Origin: an uncultured Desulfobulbaceae bacterium | Lineage (GTDB): Bacteria > Desulfobacterota > Desulfobulbia > Desulfobulbales > BM004 | Length of the DNA: 64,000 nucleotides | Direction: 5' to 3' | Assembly (NCBI GenBank): GCA_945787325.1 | Contig: CALZHP010000005.1 | Location: forward strand, 476 to 64,475 | Shown here: piece by piece, positions 55,090 through 63,922 of the stretch | Numbering within the stretch: position 1 is the stretch's first letter | Layout of the letters: each line of letters begins with the position of its first letter | Notes under the pieces: generated by a model | The model's database searches: none | What the model was told of the DNA's origin: nothing | The model's input: the letters and a program-made list of their open reading frames with translations, nothing else | Translations under genes and position numbers: made by a program

Positions 55090-57644
55090 TTTCAAATATC
55101 ACCATGATTGTTTATAATTCATTACTGCAGAATTTTATTTTAAAGCTGCATGCTTCAATCATATTGCCTTTTGCGGTTCTTTTCATATTTATTCCGACTA
55201 TCTCCAACTCCTCTGTTCTTACCGAAGATGCTGTATGGAGTGGCAAAATCGAAATCACAGAAGATCTGTTAATTCCAAACGGCATAACTCTTACCATTGA
55301 AGCAGGGTCTACTATTATAATTTCTCCAGCTGACAGCACGAAAACAGATCCTGAATACCTGTCACAATTAACCGAAATTACTGTCAGAGGACATCTTGAA
55401 GTTGAAGGAGAGCCTGACAAACCGGTTACATTCAGACTATCTTCAGGAAATGAAAACAAACAATGGGCCGGTATTATTATAGATGAAGGCAACGCATGGC
55501 TGAGAGCTGTAAAGATTCAGGATGCTGAAGTAGCAATTAATATTTTAAGGGGCTGGACAAAATTAAAAGAATCTATAATCTCCGGTAACCGCTATGGAAT
55601 TGTTGCACAAGGGGAAAACACAGGCATTAAAATTGAGAAATCGACAATATCAAAAAACGATTACGGTATTTCCATCCTGAATAATGCCAAGTATATCAAT
55701 CAACAAAGCACAATTTCAGAAAACAATAAAAAGGATACTTTTGTCCATATTGCTTCTTTGAAAACATCTGTTCCAACATTAAACAAATCCAGCGATAAAG
55801 AACAAAAACCTATAACCAGAGTCTATAAGAACGAATCTCTCCTCGGCACAACAATTTGGGACGGAAGAATCGTAGTCAATGGAGTTGTGAGAGTTCCTCC
55901 GGATAGCCGTCTTATAATATATCCTGGTACCATCATTGAATTTAGTAAACGAGATACTAATAAAGACAATATTGGCGAAAACGGCCTGCTGCTGCAGGGA
56001 ATAATTATTGCAAAAGGAACAACCGATAAACCTATATATTTCCGCTCTGGAGAAACTGTCAGAAATATAGGTGATTGGGATTCAATTAATATATTGGGTA
56101 GTGACGGCACACAAAACATTATAGAAAATTGTTTCATTGAAAATGCATACCGTGGCATGCATTTTCATTTTTCAAATGTTGCTGTCAATAAAACAGTCTT
56201 GAGAAATAATTACCGTGGTATTCAGTTCCAGGAATCAATAGTAAATCTTACTAATAATACATTTATTGACAACAAAAGCGGGATACAGGCAAGAGATTCA
56301 GACGTCACTTTCCAGCACAATAAACTGATTAATAACTATACCGGAGCAAATTTTTTCAGGCTCAACCTGCAGGCTCTTAATAACAGCTTTAGCAATCATT
56401 CCGGTGATGGAATCCGTATAAGAGAAGGGCGCCCTACCCTTATCAACAACTCTGTTACTTCTAACAGGTTCGGTATACGAGTTGCCGATGTGGTCTACGG
56501 CAGCTTCAATAATAATATTGTTAACGGAAATAATGAAACCGGTATTTCGCTCCGCAACAATGACAATTTTGAGATTGCCGGTAATGTAATTCAATATAAT
56601 GGTATTAACGGTATCAGTACTCAGGATTCCAGAGGTATTATCAGCAATAATCTTATCTCTGACAACCAAGAACGAGGCATTGGTATCGATTCTTTTACCG
56701 GCATTATTAGAGAAAATAATTTTGCTAATAACGGGTTATTTGCGATTGAGTTGGAAGGAAAAGAAGACGTTTCAGCTCCTAATAACTGGTGGGGTTATCG
56801 TGATGCAAATTCAGCTGTGTTTGATCGATTTGACGATAATATACGAGGAAAAGTCTGGATAGACCCTGTCAACCCAAACGCCCTTCCCTTTCAATGGTCT
56901 AAAAATATTATAGATACAGACATAGCCTGGCACGGTAGTTTAGGAGTCTCAGGAACTCTTACTATTAATGAAAGAACAACGTTAAATATTGCACCAGGTA
57001 CTACGGTTTTGCTGGCTAAAAAAGCAGAACTTGACATACATGGGTCAATTAATGCCATTGGTACACCAACAGATCGGATCCTTTTTACTTTATCTGATGA
57101 AACAAAACCAACTTCTCCTGAAACCGAATCCGGTTGGGGGGAAGTCCGTTTAGAACGCTCCAAAGGCAGTGAATTCAAGTATTGTGATTTTCAGTATGCT
57201 ACATGGGGGATACACAGTCATTTCTCCTCTTTGAATATAACTTATTGTACTTTTACTAATAGTTATGGCGGCATCAGATTCCGCAGCGGTCCCCTTAATG
57301 TAAATCGCTCCAGTTTTGAACGTAATATGATTGGAATGCGGTCTTTTGTTGGTAAAGGAACTATTACTGAAAATAATTTCAGTAATAATGAAATTGCTAT
57401 CTTTGTTCGTGCTGGCGGGGATGGTTTGCAGATCAACAGGAACAATATTGGCGAAAACTTAAGGTACAGTATTCGGCTTGGGGATTTCAATAAAGAGGAT
57501 GTTGATGCCCGGGAAAACTGGTGGGGAACGGATACACCTAGCGAAATCATTTTTGATGATAACGATGAACCTGAAATCGGCAGGGTATTGATCGATCCAC
57601 TTCTAAAACAACCATTAGATTTGGGAAATTACAGTATAAATTAG
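55086..57644 (+). CDS. Secreted right-handed beta-helix (PbH1/NosD-like) repeat protein with three beta-helix modules
   Basis: N-terminal TM/signal segment. Repeated N-x-(I/F)-x-x-N-x-x-G-I motifs. Two NWWG motifs (NNWWGYRD, ENWWGTDTP). The start is uncertain: TTG at 55086 or ATG at 55104. Confidence 0.65.
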   Translation: MISNITMIVYNSLLQNFILKLHASIILPFAVLFIFIPTISNSSVLTEDAVWSGKIEITEDLLIPNGITLTIEAGSTIIISPADSTKTDPEYLSQLTEITVRGHLEVEGEPDKPVTFRLSSGNENKQWAGIIIDEGNAWLRAVKIQDAEVAINILRGWTKLKESIISGNRYGIVAQGENTGIKIEKSTISKNDYGISILNNAKYINQQSTISENNKKDTFVHIASLKTSVPTLNKSSDKEQKPITRVYKNESLLGTTIWDGRIVVNGVVRVPPDSRLIIYPGTIIEFSKRDTNKDNIGENGLLLQGIIIAKGTTDKPIYFRSGETVRNIGDWDSINILGSDGTQNIIENCFIENAYRGMHFHFSNVAVNKTVLRNNYRGIQFQESIVNLTNNTFIDNKSGIQARDSDVTFQHNKLINNYTGANFFRLNLQALNNSFSNHSGDGIRIREGRPTLINNSVTSNRFGIRVADVVYGSFNNNIVNGNNETGISLRNNDNFEIAGNVIQYNGINGISTQDSRGIISNNLISDNQERGIGIDSFTGIIRENNFANNGLFAIELEGKEDVSAPNNWWGYRDANSAVFDRFDDNIRGKVWIDPVNPNALPFQWSKNIIDTDIAWHGSLGVSGTLTINERTTLNIAPGTTVLLAKKAELDIHGSINAIGTPTDRILFTLSDETKPTSPETESGWGEVRLERSKGSEFKYCDFQYATWGIHSHFSSLNITYCTFTNSYGGIRFRSGPLNVNRSSFERNMIGMRSFVGKGTITENNFSNNEIAIFVRAGGDGLQINRNNIGENLRYSIRLGDFNKEDVDARENWWGTDTPSEIIFDDNDEPEIGRVLIDPLLKQPLDLGNYSIN

Positions 57645-57666
57645 TTTTTAATGATAACTGGATAAT

Positions 57667-58389
57667 ATGAATATTATACTAAACACAATAATATACACGC
57701 TGATATATTTAGTTGTTGGTTTCAGTTGCATTTCAAGTTCCTTCGCTGCAGATATTGGCGTTTTACGCGGTAAAATAATTGACGTAAAAGATACGCCTGT
57801 AACGGGAGCAGATGTATACATTTACGACAGTAAAAATGTAAAAAGACCTGCCGATTATATTTCAAACAAAACTGGTGTTGATGGTACATATAGCGTCGCT
57901 GTTCCTGAAGGCAGATACTGGGCAGTTGCAAGGCAACGCACTGATAACGCTAAATTCGGCCCACTCTCTCCCGGAGACAAACATTCCGGAGATCCTGAGA
58001 TTATTGAAATCTCTTCCGGTCAGGATTTAGCAAAGAATTTTATCGTAGCAGATATTAGGGAAGCAGCTTTGCTTAGCACGAAAAAACGAGAAGATTATAC
58101 CCGGATCAATGGTCGCATAATTGATGAAAAAGGAAAACCTGTTGCTTTGGCGTATGCCATAGCTAACAGCCGAAAAACATACTCGGAGATTCCCGAACAT
58201 GTTTCCACCTGGACAAATGTTGATGGACAATTCTCCCTGTATCTTCCTAAAGGAGACTTTTTTTTGGGTGCTTCAAAACATTTCCCCCCTGAACAAGATT
58301 GCGTATTAAATCTTAAAGTAACATCAGAAACCGTAAAAAAAAATATTGATATAATCATAAATTGTAGCTTGGAACCAACAAAAAACTAA
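57667..58389 (+). CDS. Secreted protein with two carboxypeptidase-regulatory-like domains
   Basis: Signal peptide. GKIIDVKDTPVTGADVYIY...DGTYSVAVPEGRYWAVAR and GRIIDEKGKPVALAYAIA...DGQFSLYLPKGDFFLGA. Confidence 0.55.
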   Translation: MNIILNTIIYTLIYLVVGFSCISSSFAADIGVLRGKIIDVKDTPVTGADVYIYDSKNVKRPADYISNKTGVDGTYSVAVPEGRYWAVARQRTDNAKFGPLSPGDKHSGDPEIIEISSGQDLAKNFIVADIREAALLSTKKREDYTRINGRIIDEKGKPVALAYAIANSRKTYSEIPEHVSTWTNVDGQFSLYLPKGDFFLGASKHFPPEQDCVLNLKVTSETVKKNIDIIINCSLEPTKN

Positions 58390-58410
58390 AACATTTTAAA
58401 GGAGAACCTG

Positions 58411-58992
58411 ATGTATAAAAAACTCCTGATGATCTTATTGTTAATCTTCATTAGTGCAAATCAGTCATTCGGCTGTGTTGGAAGAATTCTTACTATCGGA
58501 TCCGTTGACACACCGGTCGGAAGGGTTATGACGGAAACTCTTGCTCTGTTAATTACTGAAAGAACCGGAACAACTGTGCATACAAAGTACTTCAGCAATA
58601 TGAATGACCTCTATACATCAATTCGTACTGAAGAAGTTGGCATATTAGTTGAGAATTCTTCTAGTGCTTTAAAAATGCTTGGCTTGCCTGAAATTAAAGA
58701 TCATGAAAAAGCATATCTGCAGGCGAAAGAAAAATACAGAAAAAATATGGATCTTATATGGTTAAAGCCTTTTCATTTTCTGTATGCGAATTCCAGTGAC
58801 CAAAAATCTGCAACAGCTACTGTACTAAGCCTAAGCGTAATGACAGATTTCCCAGGTCTTCTGCGTCTATTGAATAAACTTTCTAAAAAAGTTGATGAGA
58901 AAGAGTATTCTGAGCTCTTAAAGCTTGCCAATTCAGGGAAAAAGCCTACAAACATAGCCAAAGATTTTCTCGAAGCAAAGAAGCTGATATAG
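58411..58992 (+). CDS. Short OpuAC/glycine-betaine-binding-fold-like lipoprotein (paralog of 61551-62153)
   Basis: Lipobox-like SFGC. The segments GRILTIGSVDTPVGRVMTETLALLITERTG, KEKYRKNMDLIWLKPFHF and the C-terminal AKDFLEAKKLI resemble N- and C-terminal parts of OpuAC-type binding proteins. At ~190 aa it is only about two thirds of normal length. Confidence 0.45.
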   Translation: MYKKLLMILLLIFISANQSFGCVGRILTIGSVDTPVGRVMTETLALLITERTGTTVHTKYFSNMNDLYTSIRTEEVGILVENSSSALKMLGLPEIKDHEKAYLQAKEKYRKNMDLIWLKPFHFLYANSSDQKSATATVLSLSVMTDFPGLLRLLNKLSKKVDEKEYSELLKLANSGKKPTNIAKDFLEAKKLI

Positions 58993-59021
58993 CTTCTAAA
59001 TATGAAGTAATCAGCTAAACC

Positions 59022-59942
59022 ATGACGCTAACATTTATACTAAATCGAAAACTATTATTTTCTTGCTGCTTATTACTGTTTGTTCTTCTAAGCTCATGTT
59101 CCCAAAAGGATGTGCAAAAAGAAATTCCTACATATCGTATAGGCTACATGATCTGTAATAGTGCTGAAGAAACGCTTTACAGATTCCGTCCCATGACGGC
59201 ATATCTTTCCAATAAACTTGGGGTAAACTTCGAACCTGTTGCAATTGATACCATTAATTTCACAAAACGAATCGACGAAGTTGATTTTACACACTCAAAT
59301 TCCCTTCTCTATATAATTTTGCACCGCCTGCACGGTGTAGAAATTATTGCAGGTGAAAAAGCCGGTTCTCTTGGGCCAAAAACCCAGGGAGCAATTGTTG
59401 CGTTGAAAAAAAGCGGCATAAAGACGATGGAGGACCTTAAGGGAAAGACCATGATGTTTGGCCCTATGTATGCGCCATCTACGTACCTTACCCAACTCGA
59501 TCTTCTTCTGAAAGGGGGCATCGATCCTGAGGACGACTTGGCCTTCTATTCCATACCCAGAGGCTCTTTCAAACACGAAAAAGTTATATATAGTGTTCTT
59601 TTCGGTAAAGCTGATGTTGGCGCATTTCCTATGCTGGATTATGAAAGAATGGTCAAGGCTGGAAAAATCTCGGAAGATGATTTTACAATGATTGCCATGG
59701 GACAGCCTATCGCCTACTGCAATTTCGCGGCAACCCAGAAAGTTGACGAGCCGTTTGTGAAAAAGTTTAAGGAAGTCCTTCTTGGTATCACTCCTGAAAC
59801 AACTGTACAAATAGATGGTGAGACAATCAAAGTGCTGGCGAGGGCAGCCGTAGAAGGTTACGAAATATTTACAGACAGTGATTTTGACGATGTTAGGAAA
59901 ATGGCTAAAAGAACAAATATGCCGCCCTACCAAACGTATTAG
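59022..59942 (+). CDS. PhnD/SsuA-type periplasmic substrate-binding lipoprotein
   Basis: Lipobox LLSSC. YRIGYMICNSAEETLYRFRPMTAYLSNKLGVNFEP, DLKGKTMMFGPM and GSFKHEKVIY are present. It aligns end to end with the 60037-60984 product. Confidence 0.7.
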   Translation: MTLTFILNRKLLFSCCLLLFVLLSSCSQKDVQKEIPTYRIGYMICNSAEETLYRFRPMTAYLSNKLGVNFEPVAIDTINFTKRIDEVDFTHSNSLLYIILHRLHGVEIIAGEKAGSLGPKTQGAIVALKKSGIKTMEDLKGKTMMFGPMYAPSTYLTQLDLLLKGGIDPEDDLAFYSIPRGSFKHEKVIYSVLFGKADVGAFPMLDYERMVKAGKISEDDFTMIAMGQPIAYCNFAATQKVDEPFVKKFKEVLLGITPETTVQIDGETIKVLARAAVEGYEIFTDSDFDDVRKMAKRTNMPPYQTY

Positions 59943-60036
59943 CCTGCAAAGATCTGTCTTTCAGAAAATACTCACCTGATAAACCTAAAAGCAGATATCT
60001 AGCTTTTAAAGAAGTCCTTTCAGATTTAATTATATG

Positions 60037-60984
60037 CTAAAATTTCTGATACGGTGGCATATTGGTACGCTTTGCCATTTCGCGGACAATATCAAAATCG
60101 GCATCCGTAATATCCCTAAACCCCTGCACCAATGCGGTTTCCAGTACCTTTACCCTTTCACCGTTAATTTCAACAGTGTCGTCTTCGGTAATGGCAAGAA
60201 TCGTTTTTTTAAATTTTTCGGCAAATGCTTCATCGATTCTCTGTGTGACACCGAAATTACAGTATGGAATTGGCTCAGCCTCTGCGACAATCTTGAAGTC
60301 TGACTGATCAATTCTTCCTGCGGCATGCATAACTTCAATATCATCTATTGGTAATGCACCAGCGTCATATTTATCAAACATAACACCATAAATGACTTTC
60401 TCATGCTTAAATGATCCGCTGGGAATTGTATAAAAAGCAAGATCCTGTTCCGGGTCAAAGCCTGCCTGCTGCATTACATCAACCTGACTCATAAATCCTG
60501 TAGGAGCAAGCATGGGTCCGAAAATCATTGTTTTACCCTTAAGATCCTGTATGCTGTTTATATCACTGTCTTTTTTAGTCACAATAACACCCTTTGATAA
60601 ATAACCCAGGGAGCCTTTCTTTTCAGCAGCCAGTATATCAACACCATTAAAACGCTTTAGCATTATATACAGAAGCGAATTAGTGTGAGTAAAATCGAGA
60701 TTTTCAACTTCCTTTGTGAAGTTAATTGTGTCAATTGCGCTCATTTCAAAATTGACATTCATCTTCTCACTTAAATATTTAGTAAATGGAAGAAATCGAT
60801 CCAGTGTCTCTTTTTCACTGTTACAAATCATGTATCCGATACGATATGTAGGAAGTTCTTTGGTGTTTTTTTCAGGAGCTGTAGATGAACAGGAGGTTAT
60901 CAGAAAAAGAATCAGAATATATGTTAGAGCTCTAAGACAACTTTTCATGTTTTTGTTACTGTTATTTTGCATGATTCGTCTCAT
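60037..60984 (-). CDS. PhnD/SsuA-type periplasmic substrate-binding lipoprotein (paralog of 59022-59942)
   Basis: Lipobox ITSC. It shares YRIGYMICNSEKETLDRFLPFTKYLSEKMNVNFE...MAKRTNMPPYQ with the converging paralog. Confidence 0.7.
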   Translation of the reverse strand: MRRIMQNNSNKNMKSCLRALTYILILFLITSCSSTAPEKNTKELPTYRIGYMICNSEKETLDRFLPFTKYLSEKMNVNFEMSAIDTINFTKEVENLDFTHTNSLLYIMLKRFNGVDILAAEKKGSLGYLSKGVIVTKKDSDINSIQDLKGKTMIFGPMLAPTGFMSQVDVMQQAGFDPEQDLAFYTIPSGSFKHEKVIYGVMFDKYDAGALPIDDIEVMHAAGRIDQSDFKIVAEAEPIPYCNFGVTQRIDEAFAEKFKKTILAITEDDTVEINGERVKVLETALVQGFRDITDADFDIVREMAKRTNMPPYQKF

Positions 60985-61525
60985 CTAATAATTTTATTGC
61001 TTTTTGAAACCGTGCAAGATCATTGGCATAATGGCCATCCCTGGATGTTTGCGGAATACTTTCATGGTTTTTCAAAGCAGTATTATAGGCACCTGCAGCC
61101 TCAACAAACATGCCCGCACTTTCATAGGCCATTCCAAGATAATAATAGATGTGATTGTCTTCCGGTTTGATATTTATGGCGCTTTTGAATAGTTCTATGG
61201 CACCTTTGTGATCATTTAATGCTGTTTTAATTTGTCCCAAGCCTTCGTATGCATGAAAATGATCGGGATCTTTTTTTACTACACTTATTAACTGATCTGC
61301 TGCTTCTTCATATTTTTTCTGACGGTAATATACCATTCCAAGTTTGTACCTGGTTTCAATATCACCTGGTTTCATGTCAAGCAACATGAGATATTCAACT
61401 TCAGCAACAGAATCCGGCATATCCGGTTCAACATGAGCATATGCAACTTCTGATAAACCAAATAATACAAAAATTGAAAGAAAAAAGGCGAGACCTTTAG
61501 GAAGGTTTTCGTATTTAACAATCAT
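60962..61525 (-). CDS. Secreted tetratricopeptide (TPR) repeat protein
   Basis: Signal peptide. Three to four TPR-like units (YKLGMVYYRQKKYEEAADQL, YEGLGQIKTALNDHKGAIELF, YYYLGMAYESAGMFVEAAGAY). Confidence 0.7.
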   Translation of the reverse strand: MIVKYENLPKGLAFFLSIFVLFGLSEVAYAHVEPDMPDSVAEVEYLMLLDMKPGDIETRYKLGMVYYRQKKYEEAADQLISVVKKDPDHFHAYEGLGQIKTALNDHKGAIELFKSAINIKPEDNHIYYYLGMAYESAGMFVEAAGAYNTALKNHESIPQTSRDGHYANDLARFQKAIKLLDETNHAK

Positions 61526-61550
61526 GATTGTTTAGTATAAGTATTATTAA

Positions 61551-62153
61551 TTAGATAAATTTACGGGACCGCAGAAAATCCTTAGCAACATTTTTTGCTT
61601 TATCGCCGGACTCTACTTTTGTATTAAGAGAGGAATAAGTCTCATCATTAATTGCCCCTGAAAGTTTATTCAATATTCGGGGCAATAGAGGAAAGTTGGT
61701 TAAAACATCACGACGTACCAGTGGTGCCGATACAGTGGGTTTTCCAGAAGATTTATTATTTGAAAAACCGAAAGGATTCAACCAGATTATGTTGAGTTGA
61801 GCTTCGTATTTATCTTTAATCTCAAGATATTCCTTATCAATGTTTGTCATCCTTTCCTGCCCGAGAATTGACGAAGCATCATTGGTGTCTTCAACAATAA
61901 TGTCCACCCGGCTTTCTTCGTCGTTTGATTTTAGAGCAGTATATATCTGGTCCTGTGAATCGAAGTATCGAATCTGAACATTTGTACCTGTCCTTTCATT
62001 AATCAATAGAACAAGCAGTTCGGCCATTACTTTGTCTTCGGTTGAATTCTGAGCACCAACATAAAGTACTCGCCCAACACAGCCAATAGCTGGTGTAGAA
62101 AGAAAAATTATTAAACCTGAAACCAATAAGAATCGTGTTAATAAAGAACGCAT
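61551..62153 (-). CDS. Short OpuAC-fold-like lipoprotein (paralog of 58411-58992)
   Basis: AIGCVGRVLYVGAQNSTEDKVMAELLVLLINERTG...NIIWLNPFGF...AKDFLRSRKFI is collinear with the 58411-58992 product. Confidence 0.45.
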   Translation of the reverse strand: MRSLLTRFLLVSGLIIFLSTPAIGCVGRVLYVGAQNSTEDKVMAELLVLLINERTGTNVQIRYFDSQDQIYTALKSNDEESRVDIIVEDTNDASSILGQERMTNIDKEYLEIKDKYEAQLNIIWLNPFGFSNNKSSGKPTVSAPLVRRDVLTNFPLLPRILNKLSGAINDETYSSLNTKVESGDKAKNVAKDFLRSRKFI

Positions 62154-62407
62154 ATCAGAAACCTCTAAACTTATTCATACACATATATTTTACCATCTGG
62201 TTGAAATATGATTAAATCAACCCGGCACAACATTGTAATTATAACATAAATACAGTTAAACTCATAAAAAAATACCATTTAATATTTGAAAATAATAACA
62301 TACAATAAATGTAAATATTTAATGAACTTAAAACAAAGAAGTGGACACCTGATATTGGCTTATCGAGAGATTAATTTGTATGACAGGTTTTACATTCAAG
62401 TTTGATG

Positions 62408-63922
62408 TTATTTATTATTAAGATTGCAAAATCCTTGTTTATCAGAGAATGGACAAAAGAATTTCTTTTCGGAATTCAAAGTTTGAGTATTTAATTTTTC
62501 CCGGACAATTGTAACCATACGGTCAGTAAGATCTCCTGCAAGCCCTGTATGATTTGCAGGCTTGAGGGCATCTTTCAGATCCTGAGGTTTAAAGTGCTTT
62601 TTAACTGCTGAATCTTCAAGGAGTATATCAACAAGAGATATATTTTCATTATAGGCTTTCATTGAGGCTTCATAAAGTAATTTATGAGCCGACTGTTTAC
62701 CGATTTTTCGTCCAAGTAAAAACATAAGCGCCTCAGTCGAAATAAGAATTGATGCCTTTTCAACATTTGTATTCATTGCCTTTTCATGCACGATAAGATT
62801 GTTAAGAATTTTCTTCATTAACGACAGGGAAGCGCAGAAAAAAAGTGATGCATCTGTTATCGATACCCATTCGAGTCTCACCGCCCGATAGTCTCTTTCA
62901 TGTTCATTGATAAGAGCATCGAAGCCAAGTACCGCATTAGATTTAATCAGTTTTGCTAAGACAACCACTTGCTCGCATAATTCGGGATTCCTCTTGTGAG
63001 GCATGGTAGTACTGCCTATTTTTCCCATGTGAAATGGTTCTTCAAGTTCAGCAATTTCATTTCTTGAAAGTTGGCATATTTCATTGGCAATATTTGCGAA
63101 ACTTCCTGAAGTAATCGCCATAAAAGAAAGAAGTTCCGCATTTCGGTCTCTCGCTGAATGCCACGCTGTGAGCGGTTCTATCAACCCAAGTTTTTCTGAA
63201 AACATTTTGATGAGTTGTATCCCATTCTCACCCAAAGCATCCATCGTACCTACACCGCCAAACAATTGGCTGACAAGTACTCTGTTTTTACACTCTTCTA
63301 ATCGTGCTAGGTTTCTGTATAATTCATCAAGCCACACAGAGGCCTTTAATCCAAAAGTGGTTGGCAGAGCATGTTGGCCATGAGTCCGGCCAATCATAAC
63401 CTGGCTCTTATAACTTTCGGCGATTGACGTCAGGTTTTCTGCAATGATATAAATGTCCCTTTCCGCAATTTTCAGTATATCTTTAACTTCCAGTGAATGG
63501 GCCGTATCTTGAATGTCCTGTGTTGTGGCTCCATAATGGATATACTGGCCGGCATCTCGGGATGCAACTTTTTGCCAGGATGTTAGCAATGGAACCAGAG
63601 AGTGATTTGTGGTTTGTATATCATTTAGAATTGTATCGATATCAAAATATTCAAGCTTGGCTGACCGTTCAAGTTCAAGTGCTGTGGCAGGAGGTATAAT
63701 GCCAAGCTCAGCCTGGCTTACAGCAAGAGTAACTTCTACGTCAAGCCAGCGCTGCATGCGCCTTATATCACAAAAAACATTTCGTGCTTCAGTTGTTGAA
63801 TAACCGCTGCTGTAAAAACGTGAGTCAGTTATGTGCCCTGAAAGTGTAGAACACTTATTCACTTTTAAAGAACCCCCGATCAGTCTTGCGCATCTGGTGA
63901 ATTTCACTGATTGAAGCATCAA
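62408..63922 (-). CDS. Fumarate-lyase superfamily enzyme (adenylosuccinate lyase / 3-carboxymuconate cycloisomerase-like)
   Basis: Motifs GATTQDIQDTA, GRTHGQHALPTTFG and the signature GSTTMPHKRNPE. The N-terminus is uncertain; an in-frame GTG at 63862 is a plausible alternative start. Confidence 0.75.
   Translation of the reverse strand: MMLQSVKFTRCARLIGGSLKVNKCSTLSGHITDSRFYSSGYSTTEARNVFCDIRRMQRWLDVEVTLAVSQAELGIIPPATALELERSAKLEYFDIDTILNDIQTTNHSLVPLLTSWQKVASRDAGQYIHYGATTQDIQDTAHSLEVKDILKIAERDIYIIAENLTSIAESYKSQVMIGRTHGQHALPTTFGLKASVWLDELYRNLARLEECKNRVLVSQLFGGVGTMDALGENGIQLIKMFSEKLGLIEPLTAWHSARDRNAELLSFMAITSGSFANIANEICQLSRNEIAELEEPFHMGKIGSTTMPHKRNPELCEQVVVLAKLIKSNAVLGFDALINEHERDYRAVRLEWVSITDASLFFCASLSLMKKILNNLIVHEKAMNTNVEKASILISTEALMFLLGRKIGKQSAHKLLYEASMKAYNENISLVDILLEDSAVKKHFKPQDLKDALKPANHTGLAGDLTDRMVTIVREKLNTQTLNSEKKFFCPFSDKQGFCNLNNK

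Noticed and set aside
59295-59933. 212-aa minus-strand ORF overlapping the PhnD-like gene.
   Set aside because: The plus-strand product aligns end to end with the paralog at 60037-60984 and has a lipoprotein signal. The minus-strand ORF has no recognisable features.
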